From positions 9,734,001 through 9,798,000 of the forward strand of contig JAWMAR010000003.1 of the NCBI GenBank assembly GCA_036785375.1: a stretch of 64,000 nucleotides of DNA, written 5' to 3'. How positions within the stretch are numbered: the first letter of the stretch is position 1; the number at the start of each line of letters is the position of its first letter. The DNA is from Leucoraja ocellata (Eukaryota). Positions 26,456 to 39,240 of this stretch are shown in pieces. Below the pieces are notes generated by a model. The model was not told the origin of the DNA. It saw nothing but the letters and a program-made list of their open reading frames with translations, and ran no database searches. The translations under genes were made by a program, and so were the position numbers.

Positions 26456-27450
26456 TGAAGCAAATACATGCAGTGTTCTTTGTGCACTGTTGCAGTTGCA
26501 TCTCTCCTGTCTCGATATCATCTCCTTTTTCTTTCTGCCAGAATGCGTCACTGCACACTTCTCTCTGTCAAATGTAACCTGCCACTTGTCTGTCCACTCT
26601 GCAGCCTAATTCAGTCTTGATGTAGTCTCTTCCTGCTAGATTTGTATTATTTTAATGTATTCAACCTGCAGAGCCATTAGGCGGTGCCTACAAAATTATG
26701 AAATATTAACTGACAGCTGGCCAAGATATATTCAGAAACATTCAGAAACTTTAAACTCTTAATAATATGTTTGAAATGGTTTTGTTCAGAGTTTCAAACA
26801 TATTCATAAGAATTGACAATAAGTAAAACATTTTATTGAACTAGTTTAAAATGGAAATAATCTAATGTGAAACTGCCCAGTGAAATGAATGGAGTGGCTG
26901 TTTCTGGACCTGGGTAAACTGGCACATGTTCAGCAGGCAGATTCCACAATGTAAATGCAGGGAAACTAGGAAGTTAGCACTCCACAGCTGGACACAGTGA
27001 GGAATCCAGCATTGAAGTGTGATTGGCAAAATCCCACAATACCTGTTGTGAAATTTGGGACTTCTGTGCTTATGCAGGAATCTCAAACTTATGGCTGACA
27101 GTTCCGCATGGGTTGCCCCATATATTTTCCTTGTGACATCTAGTTAGCTATTTATTTGTGTGCATTGTTCATGGGGATATTGTTTCCAGCATCAATGATT
27201 TTATCTCCATGTTGTTATTATGCCATCATTTCCCATTCATTTCAAAACTTGGTCTTGGGTCAAAGAACATTGTTTCAAACCATCTTTCCTTGTCTGCTAC
27301 AAAACTAAATGCAAGCAAAATATTAGTCAACCACTGGAGAAAATTATGGAAGTCTTTTCTGTGAACAAATCATGCTTCAGTCTCCACTCTGCATTGAGTG
27401 GTGAATACTCTATTATTCCCAAAGCCTCACAAGATGCCTTTTACTTAGTA

Positions 27451-27605
27451 CAAGGAAGGAAATGCAGATGCTGGCTTACAAACAAAGGCTCAATCAAGTA
27501 ATTCAGCGGTTCCGGCAGCATCTCTGGAGAACATGGATAGGTGACCTGTCCATGTTCTTGATAGATTCTGCCTAACCTGCTGAGTTTCTCCAGCACGTTG
27601 TGCCT
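27451..27605. mobile_element. Penelope pLTR fragments in inverted orientation
   Basis: Minus-strand copy joined to plus-strand copy through hairpin agaacatggataggtgacctgtccatgttct (27528-27558). Confidence 0.7.
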
Positions 27606-28699
27606 TTTACTAAGATGTATTGGAAATTTTTATTTTATTTGTAGTTTATTTAGATCTATTAAATATTTGGGCCTTCCAATGATCTGTAAAAAAATGTTAA
27701 ATAATTGATATTTTAGGCTCCAACATTTTTTTAAATCCTATGTAATTATTTGAGTTTTCCAATATTGTGTTGTCAAAGACAACTGATTCAGTACGTTATT
27801 CAGTAGTGGTTGTGGACAGATGAGCATGATAAAAAAAATTGATGATCACTGGCAATGTCAATATTTGTTTGAATTGACTATAGTAATACATATCTTTCAA
27901 TGTAGAATTTGTGAAACTGGTTAATATGTTTTACTTTTATCCATTGTATTTCTTCACTTTTTGTGAAATATGATGGCTTCTGGCTGTAGAATGATAGAGA
28001 TTCCAGATTAAATGGATGGTCTTTTGGCAATTAATCAATTTCTGACTGGGACAGCCTTCATCACAGGTAAATTAGGGTGGATAGAAATTTGGTGTAAATG
28101 CCCTTTTTTACTTGCCAATATTGCCATTGGTTGAGGAGAAAATCAAACTCGTGTTGCATGACTTCTCATGTGTGGATAACACATGATGGGGGTTTATTCG
28201 AGGTTACCTAAAATTGGGATTAATCAATGTTCATATAATTGAGTTGTAAATTAACTCCCCCTGCCCATCCCTCTCTGGACCTTGTCAAATGCCTTGTTGA
28301 GGTCCATATAGGCAAGAACCTCTGCATTGCCCTCACCAACCCTTTTGGCGAGCTCTTCAAAAAAGTCGAATATATTTTGTGAGAGATGATTTCCCACACA
28401 CAAAGTCATGCTAACTAGCCCTAATCACTTTATGCTTTTCCAAATGCTGGTAAATGCCTGACCTGCTGGGTTACTCCGGCATTTTGTGTCTATCTTCAAA
28501 TGCTGGTAGGTCCTGTCTTTAAGAATCCCCCCTAAACCTTTCCACACCATTAATGTCAGATTCACTGGCCTGTAATTCCCTTGGCTTGTCCTTGCTGCCC
28601 AACTTAAATGAGAGGTTGGGGTTAAATACTGTAATCAAATAGAGTAAGATTAGCAGACAAGAAAGACAAGAGCATAGTAAAGAGAGAATGAAAAGCCAA

Positions 28700-29215
28700 T
28701 GATTTAAATTGCATTTAATTCCATGCTAGTTGTTTAACAGGCAAGACGGATGAACCCAGGCCTTAGGTTGATTCGTGTTCTGGTATATAATTACCATAAA
28801 CAGATACATGAAGGGAAGGGCAGGCCTGACAGCTCAATATCCCAAGGGATAGATGCTACATATTTGATAGATATGCAGGAAAGAGAAGAGGGGGGGCAGC
28901 CTTTTTGATCAGGGTGTGCTGTATAACTGCAGTGCTCAGAGACAATATTGTTGAGGGATTGTCCAGTGAGGCTATTTGGATAGAACTTAGAAATAGGAAG
29001 GGAATGTACACTTTCATGGGACTGCATTTTAGGACTCCCAATAGCCAGCATAAATTTAGAGGAGTAGATGTGTAGGGAAGTTGCAGATAGCTACAAAAAT
29101 AATAGGGTAATATTAGTGGGAGATTTTAACTGTCCTTACATTGCCTGGGTCACCAATAGTGTAAAAACCTTAGATAATATGGAATGTGTCAAAGAAAGCT
29201 TCCTTAATCAGGATA
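28700..29215 (+). mobile_element. Degraded CR1 endonuclease region
   Basis: EAIWIELRN, YRxP-like and VILVGDFN motifs. Confidence 0.7.
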
Positions 29216-29354
29216 TAGACATACATTTGCCTCCTTTCTGTACTGGGACCCTCCCTCCTGCCAATCTAATTTAAATCCTTCTGAGTAGCGCCAGCAAATC
29301 TTCCACCCAGGAGATTGGTCTGGAGCTGCAGCTGGGGGCACTTGGCAGAGGCAT

Positions 29355-30190
29355 AGAGTTATAGTCATACAGCACAGAAACAGGCTCTTCAGCCCAGCTA
29401 GCTAATGCTAACCAAGGTGCTCCATCTACACTAGCGCCACCTGCCTACGTTTAGCCCATATCCCTCTAAATGTTTCCTGTGCACGTACCTGTCCAAATAT
29501 CTTTTAAATCTTGTTATAGTTTCTGCCTCAACTATCCCCTCTGGCAGTTCATTCCATATATCCTATGTGGAATGTGCCACTCTGATTCCCATAAATCTTT
29601 CCCCTCTCGCCAGCAGCCCGTCTGTCCTTTCGTTCGACTTTTATTTTTTATTTTTAGTGCGTCTAAATGTGTGTTTAAATGTTTCTCAGTATGTCTGATT
29701 TGGGGTGTGGGGGGGGGGGGGGGGGAGTTGGGGGAAACCATTTTCAGTCACTTACCTCGACGGAGATGCGACTTTTCTCCTTGTCACATCTTTGCTCCCC
29801 TCGCGGCCTAACAACTGGATTGGTGCGGCCTCTCCATCAGTGAGAAATGTTGATTTCACTTTGATGGATATTTATGAAACTCTATCCTGTATTGTGTACT
29901 TTTTACTTGTATGGCTGTATGGTAACTCAAATATCACTGTAACTTAATTGTTGAGTGTGACAATAAATGTGAACTTGAACTAAACCTATGTCCTTCGGTT
30001 CTCGATTCCCTTACTCTGGGTAAATCATACTGTGCATCTACCCTATCGGTTCCCCTCATCTGAAACACCTCTCTAAGATCACCTTTCATCCTGCTATGCT
30101 TAAGGAATACTGTACTAGCCTGCCAAACCTCTGCCTATCACTCAGGCCCTCAAATGCTGGCAGCTTCCTTGTAAATCTTTTCTGCGCAGT
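29355..30190 (-). mobile_element. CR1 3' fragment interrupted by a Rex1-tailed short element (~29609-29980, +)
   Basis: CR1 tail gtcatacagcacagaaacagg.. continues either side; insert ends tgacaataaatgtgaacttgaact. Confidence 0.65.
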
Positions 30191-31881
30191 CATTAGGGAA
30201 ACTGGAAATTTCCCTGACTAACCACATCTTGCAGGAGTTAATTGCATTTGGACCAAAGAAGAAAGTTACAAAAACAAGATTTTTTTAAATATTGCCATCA
30301 CCTTCTGCTTGGTCACCTTGCTGAAGCCTCTCGAATCAAAACCTCAATATCCGGGGTGCAGTGCTGCTGGAGCTCACAGGAGCGCCGCTCCGGCACTTCT
30401 GCCTTGGGAGCGACAGGAGGGTAGAACTTTGGAATAGAGAAACCGTGCGCTCGGATACTTGGTGGATGAATTTAACGCGAAGCTGCTGTAACTGCGCAAG
30501 AGGGGTGAAAGAGATGGCAGTTTAGTTGGGGGAGATTCTCAGACGTTCCAGGGCCGCTTTGGAAGCGAGTACCTTATACTGATGCTTCACCCCGCTGACT
30601 TGCCACTGTTATAAGGAGGGATATTTTAAACAGAGAATTTGAATCAAATCTCAACACGCAAGGAAATTGAAATTGCTGCAAGTAAGAATCTCATTGTCCC
30701 CTTTCGGGACAAATGTCAATAAAACAGTCTTGCCCCTTGAAATTCTCGCTTCTGCTACCAAGAAGAACCTATCCACCTGAAATCGTCTTGTTAGAAATCG
30801 TCTTGCCAGTTTTGTTTTTAATGATTCACTCTGCCACTGTTATATACGGTTCTCAATGCAACCGAAGTCACGCCCAATTTTTGAGGATTAGACCCTTCAC
30901 GCCCAGCGCGCAATTATATGTATATAAATAATGTTTTAAAGTTCAATCCAGATGGCTTCTGCTTTGATTTAGTTACCACTGTCGCGGGAAGTCTCTGTTT
31001 TTATTTTGGTTAAAAGAATGAATTTGGCAGGCATAAGTCCCTGTAAAAAAGCCAAAATGAACAGCGGGGAATTTTAACAAGCGGGGAATTTAACAGCGGC
31101 TGCATATTAAATAAAGGGGATTTTACGGAAGCGAAGGTTGGGGTACATAAGATAATATATGTAAAGATTCAACCTTTTTTAACATATCTAAAAACGAAAC
31201 AGGATTTGTATTGGTCTACTAACCATGTAATACCCACGTGTGAGGATATTGTGAGTATCGACATGTACGCTTTCTGTCCAAACATTTCTGCGAGGAAACG
31301 GTACAGTGCAGAGTTGCCAACCAACCGCTTTTGATGCTAATATTCTGTGATATTTGTGGCTCTAGCAATAGTTCATTAGATGTTCTTTTTTCATACTTGA
31401 TTACTTGGTTGAGTTGGTTCTAATTTAGGTGGCTAAAATGTAAAAAAAACGTATTTGCTTTATTTCAGTAAATTCTGTTGCTTTTATAATTGCAGCTTAG
31501 CAACACTGCTAAGTGTTGCTGGCCCTGCTGTTTGCTCTGACTCAGTCGCATTAGTAAGGCTACATCTGTGGTAGTCCGTGCCACTCCGTAGATTACTCTC
31601 CAATACTAAAGTTAAATTTTCTCACTGCCAACCCAATGGCTTCTACACAAACAACGTTAACTTCTTTCTTTTGTAAACAAGCTGAGTGTAACAAGAATAA
31701 TGTAACAGAAACTGATGATAGTAAAAATGACAAAAGCTGTGTTTCGCCTGCTTCTAGTTAAATTTTCCAACCGGGTCCAAAGGTAGTTCTGAAAGTAATG
31801 ATGTTTCGAAGTCAGGCTTGTATCCCTGTTCAGGTGTTTGGATGGAAGAAATGTGGAAGAAAAAGAAAGAAGGTTAGACTT

Positions 31882-34800
31882 TGTAATGTATTATACATAT
31901 TCATGTGTATGTTAATTAGTTGGTGTTCAATGTAAGCAGGGAATGCTGGGTAATAAATCTTTCTCTCTCATGATCCAGGCAACCAATGTGTAAGTCTAGT
32001 TCTTCATTCTGCTGTCCGGAATATAAGAAAATTGGCGATGAGGATGGGATAGGGTTTGTGAACTCATCCTTTAAATACAGTGCGAGACTGTTTTGCAACA
32101 TGTAGTATTGTTTAACATTTTAAACAGCAAATACGGAGCTGTGCCGCAGTTGTTTGTGAGCTGGACACGATAGGCCACAGATCCTTCAATGTATGGGACT
32201 GTAGTTTAAAACAGCAACCGTAACAAATCGTCGAGAGTTTGTCAGGCTATCTCTATGTTGTGTCCACATGGCAAGATGGCATCCTTGGGATTGTATAGGA
32301 TTTTAGACTTTTTTTTTTTTTTTTTGTCGAGTTCTGTACAAGCTGTATAGCCTTTGTACAGCTATGTTTTAGGTGAATTGTTACACCAGAACAGACAGCT
32401 TTTTGAACGGACTAAAAAAAAAGAGAACGATACGACGGCAGTGTCCACAGGCTGCATCGGAAACCGTGGCAATTTCGACAAGAGTAGAGAGCCGTTCAGC
32501 GCCTATATGGAGAGAGCGAAAATGTTTTTCACGGCAAACAATATAATGGAGATTAGCGGTGAAGGAGAGCTAGTGACAGAAACAAATAAGGTTGTTTGCA
32601 AATGCACAAAAGTGATTCTGCTCACAGAGTTCGGTCCTGTAGTGTACGGCACACTCTTGAATCACCTTGCGCCCATAAAGGCAAAAGACGTGCCATTGAA
32701 TGACATTATGAAGAAGTTGGAGGAGCACTTCAACCCAAAGCCTCTGGAAATTGCAGAAAGCTATAAATTCGGCAATAGAAACCAGAAGCAGAATGAGACA
32801 ATGAGTACATTGTTGCCTTGAAAAACGTAACTTTGCACTGTAATTTTGGAACCTTTCTCGGATGCGCACAACGTGACAGATTTGTTTGTGGTCCAGTGAA
32901 TTAACAAATTCAGTCCAAACTCATGAACATTCCAGATCTTACATTCGCGACAGCATGCAAGATTGCTACCACAATGGAGATGGCATCAAAGAATGCTCGT
33001 GAGTTTCGCCCACCACAGACTGCAGTGGCTGTTTACAGTCACAAGGCAGTGCCTATGGCCAAACCTAGAGGCGCTAAACCAAAACCAAAGTATGGCTGGG
33101 AGCCGAGTTCAGCCAGTTGTTATCGTTGCAACGGGTAATCACTCATCCCAATTTTGTCAGTTCAAAATGGCCAAGTGCTATAACTGCCAGAAGAAAGGCC
33201 ATATCGACTCAGCATGTTGGGCCAAGCTTAAAACAGGAAACCAACAATCTGCAGGAAACAAGCGACAACACCAGAAAGGAGTTCACATCTTTGAGATGAA
33301 CCCAGATGGAAATGAACTTGGGTTGTTCACCATTTATGCAATCAACATCGATAAGCCTACAACCAGTCAAGGCAAGGACTTTCGAACTAAACTATTGATT
33401 AATGAACAGTTAATCGATATGTGTATTGACACGTAAGCAGATTGTTCGGTCATGAGCAAAGACCTGTACGAAACAAAGTTCCCACAGATACCATTGTTTG
33501 AGAGTAAGGTCAAGCTGAGAACCTACTCGGGTGAAGTTTTGTAGACATGCGGACAAATGAACTGTAAAGTTCAGCATAATGGTCAGTCAGTAATACTGCC
33601 CATCAGAGTGGCCAGCTGCAGAAATAAACCAATCCTCCTTGGAACGGATTGGCTGAATAGTATAGAATTAGACTGGAAGAACATTTTCAGTGTTAATTTG
33701 TCCAAAACACGTCTTGAAAATGTCATAAGCAAACATGCAAATATTTTTGCTGACAGTTACACGGGATTAACAGGGCACTCTGCACACATTCGACTTAAGC
33801 AAGATGTGAGGCCTGTGTATTGTCGACCAAGACCTGTACCCTATGCACTAAAGCAACAAGTGGAGGTAGAACTCGACAGATTAGAGCGTAATGGAGTAGC
33901 CGTGAAGACAGACCAGAGTAACTGGGCAACGCCAATTGTGGCCGTAACCAAAGCCGACAAAACTGTTCGACTCTGTGGTGACTACAAAGTCACAATCAAC
34001 CAAGTCGTTGACGACGAACGATATCCCTTACCAAGCTTCAAGATCTGTACGCAGAACTTAGCGGAGCAAGAGTCTTCACTAAACTGGATTTGTCTCATGC
34101 TTATGCCCAACTCAATGTCGACAAGGAAAGTCAGCAGCACTTGACTATCAACACACATAAGGGCTTGTATTCATATACAAAGCTGCCCTAGGGTGTGATA
34201 TCCTCCCCGAAAATATTCCAGTCTGTCATGGACAAAATGGTCTATGGCATTGTGCATTGTGTGTGTAACCAGGATGACCTACTGATATTCACAGAAGGCA
34301 TGGTAGAACATCTGGAAATCCTCACACGACTGAATTGCCACAATGTCAAACTGCGACAAAGTAAATGTGCATTTGCGCAGTCAGAGGTGGTCTACCTTGG
34401 ACTCAAAGTAGACACCAATGAACATCGTCCTGTGAAGGCGAAAGTTGAAGCAATAGTGAATGTTCCAAAACCCAACAATGTGTCAGAGCTACGATCATTC
34501 CTTGGGATGGTGCAGTTCTATGCACGAGTCCTTCCAGATTTAGCAACTGTTCTAAACCCACTACTTCATCTGCTACAAAAAGATGTGAAATGGACTTGGG
34601 GAAAGGAACAGCAACGTGCATTTGACATCTGCAAGGAAAACTTGACAAGTGACAAACTCCTTGTTCACTACGACACAACACGCAAGATGAAACTTGCTTG
34701 TGATGCTTCAAGTTATGGTGTAGGTGCAGTGATCTGCCACGTAATGATTGACGGACAGGAAAAGCCTATTGCTTTTGCATCCCGCACCCTATCACCGAGT

Positions 34801-35732
34801 GAACGCTATATGAACAGGTAGAAAAGGAAGCACTCAGCATCGTGTTCGGAATCAATAAATTCCATCAGTTTCTTCTCGGCAGACTATTCACCCTAGTGAC
34901 TGATCACAAGCCACTACTAGTGATACTTTGTCCCAAGTCAGCTATACCTTACACGGCTGCATCAAAGATGCAGCGCTGGGCAATTCATGCCGAACATCCT
35001 GGCATTGTAAGCATGAAGTCAATTGCCAGAGGTTTAGTGTATTGGCCTGGTATTGACAGTGACATAGTCACTGGTGAGCAAATGTAGCGTCTGCCAAAAT
35101 TGCTGGAGTAAACCACCAAAAACACCACTGCAACCCTGGTCATGGCAAATTGGAACTTTTCAGAGAGTTCATGTAGATTTTTGTGAAAAGGGTAATGATC
35201 ACTTTCTGGTACTAGTAGATGGTCATTCCAAATGGATTGAGGTTAAGCTTATGGGGTCAAGCAACACTACTGAGTGTACCATAGATGAGTTGAGATCCAT
35301 TTTTTCATGCCATGGTTTACCGGAAGAACTTGTTTCTGATAACGGGCCTCGGTTTCGTTCAAGCGGTTCAAAGTGTTCATGCAGCGGAATGGTGTAAAAC
35401 CTAAACCTGTTACACCTGTTACTGTTAGACGATCAGGCAGGATCCTTTAACCAGTAGTCAGGTTAGGTTTGTAAGTTAAATAACTCACTGCACAAGTAAA
35501 ACAAAATGTGTAGATGTGTAAAATAAATACTGGTTTAAATCAAGTATCGCAACAACAAAATTGTAACTGTGTACTTAGATTTAACACTTAAAAAAAGGAG
35601 AGCAGTGTAATGTATCATACATATTCATGTGTATGTTAATGAGTTGGAGTTCAATATTAGCAGGGAATCTCTCGTGATCCAGGCAACCCGTGTGTAAGTC
35701 TAGTTCTTCATTCTGCTGTCCGGAATATAACA
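31882..35732 (+). mobile_element. Gypsy/Ty3 LTR retrotransposon (Mag-like), decayed
   Basis: LTRs 31882-32028 and 35606-35732; TSD gactt; PBS tggcgatgaggatgggat (tRNA-Ser GCT, 17/18); PPT aaaaaaaggagagcag; gag with tandem CCHC knuckles, protease IDT*ADCS, RT (WATPIV, RLCGDYK, NQDDLL), RNase H (ACDASSYGVGAV), partial integrase. Confidence 0.95.
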
Positions 35733-35737
35733 GACTT

Positions 35738-37670
35738 CACGAATGATAAACTTGGGTATAAAGTATGTGCAAACTGTGCAAGCTGACACTTTTCACTTCT
35801 GAGGGTTTGAGGCTGTCAAATGAATGGCAAATGTACCAAATATCCTATTATAGAGCCGATCGAAGTACACGCTTGAAGTCTCTCAGAAAAAATATTGTTG
35901 ATCACAAACAAACTAAAGCTCACACTGCTGCTCTACGTGTTGAAAATAAAGCGAGTGAAGATGCTCTTGTAAAATTACGTGACACCATGAATGCTTCGCA
36001 TCTAAAGGCAACTTGTTCAATTTTTCGTTCTGCATATTATTTAACTCAGAATGACAGACCATACTGATCACTTTGGTTTACTGGAACTCCAAAACAGAAA
36101 TGGTATTGACATTGGAATTGGACTGCATTCCTGCACTAGTGCGACAGAGATCATTAACCACATAGCCATTAATATGAGAAAGAAAATGTGCCTGCATATC
36201 AAGCAGATAAATGGCAACATTTCTGTTCTCATTGATGAACCAACTAGCCTGAGCATCAAGACCGCCCTAAAAGTTTATTTGAAATGTGAACGTGATGAGG
36301 AAGGTGATCCCCACTTTATGTTTCTGGATCTAATTGAACTACTTGATCAGAAAGCTGAAACTATTGCTAAGCATCTATTGAACTCTCAGTAATCATCGGT
36401 TTGATGACTCTTACATGAAACAGAACCTTTGAGCATTTGCTAGTGATGGGGCGAGCGTAATGCTTGGTGTCAAATCTGGTGTTGTTACAATTCTCAAGGA
36501 ACATTACCTTGATGTGATAATTTGGCACTGTCTTAATCACAAATTAGAACTTGCAGTAGGTGATTCGGTGAGAGAAGTTCATGGAATTAATAATTTTCAA
36601 TCATTTATGGACAAATTGTGTGCTGTTTACAATAGATCACCTCAAAATCAAAAGGAACTGTAGGAAATGTGCCTCTAAACTAGAAAAACAAATTTGCAAA
36701 ATAGTCTGTTTTCTGGGCTCCAGGTGGGTAGTTAACTTGTTGCGAACAGTTTCAGCAGTGTGACAAAATTATGAAGCACTGTGCCTTCATTTTGGAAAAA
36801 GCAATGAAGGATGAAACAAGATCTGGGAGTGACAGAAAAACCGCTGAAGGTCTGTTGACTCTCTTCAGAACAGTTTCTATTGGATTTAGCTCTAATGTGT
36901 GACACGTTGCATGAACTTGGTTTACTGTCAGAGTATTTACAGAAACGCACCACTATGATTGTTTATGCTGACAAATTGATCACACGGAGCATAAGATCAC
37001 TGCATGGACTGAAAGAGCAAGCTGGTACTAAAACTCTAGAAGCTCAAGAGGCAGTTGAAAAGGGGAAGTTGGAGAAATTACCTTAACAAGCAACAACAAA
37101 ATCATCTCCATTAATTATCAACAGTTTCTTACTAGTCTTATAAACAATTTGCAGCACTGTGTGTTAACAACAACATCCTTGAAAGGTTCTCATTCTTCTG
37201 AACCTCATGGTATGTATAAATCCCTGCTAAATGAATTGTGTGTGCCTTGATAAATGCAGTTGGCCTGCTGAAATACCACCAAATTATGGAGAAGCTGCAA
37301 AATCATCTCTCTGTAAGAGGTGTAAGCTTTCTTCTTCCTCTGTAATAAATGTCTTCAGAGGATCGTGGACGCTGCATCCCCCAAGATATACGCCCATTAC
37401 TGCGCTGTTCACAAGTTATTCCTATTAGTACTGCTGAGTGTGAGAGGGGATTCATCACATGAACTTGATAATAACACCAACAGGCTCAAGAATTCTCATA
37501 AATCATATATCAGCACGTTTGTTAAACTACACGGACCTCTGGTTCAGTGGAATCCTGAGCCATACGTCACATCATGGCTGCGGTACAACAGATCAGCAGA
37601 AGACACCAGGACACGAGTTGCTTCAGACTCCTGAACACATATTACGCCTGACCCTTTGTGGAAATTATTG
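35738..37670 (+). pseudogene. KIAA1586-like hAT transposase, main body (N-terminus ~31636-31881)
   Basis: Frameshifted ORFs 35765-37634 are colinear with human KIAA1586 as I recall it (SLRKKIREH, NRPLSD, IIIDE, FCSDGA, WNCLNHRLQL, GPRW); multiple stops. Confidence 0.8.
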
Positions 37671-38649
37671 TGAAACTTCTCATTGGTGGCATTTGGTAAG
37701 TAGGTAATTTCTTGTAATTTTGATAAAATATATTATTACCGTCTTTTTCTTTACTTGCTTGATAATTATATTTCATGATAATTAGTGAGTGTAACCGTGC
37801 AATATTTTGTCATATTATTAAATTAAGTGTTATATGGTTTATTGCACTAGTTATACACTGGGATGTAGTGATAGGCTATAATCTTGTTTGACCACCTTGG
37901 GAGACCAGCTTGTCCCCCTCCCCCAAAGCAAAACCTGAAATAACGCCCCTGTTTGACAGCTCCGGCACCTAAAAAATTAGCACTGCAACACTGTCAATAC
38001 CTACCCTAAAACACAGCACTCCACTCCAAAATACAGCCTCCTCCAAAGCGACCACTCCCAATACACTGCTGTGCTCTACCTTGTCTTTGCTGTTCTGCCT
38101 CTCAATGAGCCAATCCATTAAACCTTCCAATTGCTGCTCTGCTCTGCATCCTGGCTGGAAACCTACACATTCCATCCGCTTTGCTGAATGAGAGAGCTCT
38201 TGTTTTTGAGCCTCTACTTCAGGACTCGGGTACAAGTCAGGACTTCAGATCAACTGACAACAGTGCAGAACGAAAGAACTGTGACACTGTCAGATATCTC
38301 AACTTTTATATGGAATTTAAAAATAGGCCCGAGTTGGAGTAAAAATAAGTCCAATGGTATTTTTGCAAATAAAGAGCAGACCGTTTTCTTGGCCAGCATT
38401 CTTCCATTAATTCCATTTCGTTTGTCAGATACCATAGAAAACCATTGTTTGGTAACCATTGTTACCAAATAGGCTTACTTAGCAGTGGTTATTCCACTTC
38501 AAATTATTGGCAATGAGTACTTTTTAGAGAAATTGCAACATATGGCACAATATAAACCGGAGATCTCACCAAAATAAAACACACCGTAGAGGACTTTTTA
38601 CTTTGCACACTACTTTTGCAAATGGCAAAGGTCCTGACTTTCTGAAGCC

Positions 38650-39240
38650 TTCTCACCAACATACGTTTGGAGAATGGTGATCAGGTTTTATGGATGAATG
38701 AAGTTCTAACAACTCTTAGGAAATTTGACACCATCCAAGACTCAGTAAGCTGCTTAATTGGCATCTTGTCCATTACGCTAAATATTAATTCCCACCGCAT
38801 TTCCAGCAAACTGTGACTGCAGTGGGTACCATTTGCAAAAATGCCTAGTTGCTATTAACCCAGATTAGTCTGACAGTATTCCACAAACTACCAATTTCAA
38901 GTACAAGGAAAGAAAGTGTAGAAATAAGGAACTGCAAGTTGCAGGTGAGGCAGCATCTCTAGGGAACATAGCTAAGTCCCGTTTTGGGTCTAGAATGAAG
39001 GTGGATGAGAATTATGTGACATTAAGGTTCCTTTCAAGATTGGACATCATTCTGATGTGGAAATGTATCCGCAATATATCATTATCATAGTATTGAATTT
39101 CTGGAACAACAGCAATGTGGGAGCAATTTGACTACAACTGCAACAGTTCCATGAGGCAACTCGCCATTACTGTAAGTAGTTTGGGTTGGGAAGTAAATGC
39201 TAGATTTGCCAGTGTCACTTACATGCAAAAAGTTAAGTAA
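38650..39240 (+). mobile_element. Ancient LINE 3' fragment (same family as 59520-62100)
   Basis: ggaaatttgacaccatccaagac..., tail gtaaatgctagatttgccagtgtcac; interrupted by a minus-strand Penelope tail. Confidence 0.5.

Larger units (their letters stand above)
30352..37993 (+). mobile_element. hAT DNA transposon, KIAA1586-like transposase (pseudogenised), interrupted by Gypsy
   Basis: Imperfect TIRs cggggtgcagtgct / agcactgcaacactg; 8-bp TSD tcaatatc/tcaatacc; subterminal gctccggcac at both ends; transposase motifs ISVLIDE, ASDGASVMLG, WHCLNHKLEL, GSRW, IPISTAECERGF. Confidence 0.88.

Noticed and set aside
37885-37956. Possible tiny nested hAT end (aaacctgaaataacgcccctg) between tgtttgac repeats
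   Set aside because: Only one TIR-like end and the repeat overlaps it; cannot separate from host element sequence.
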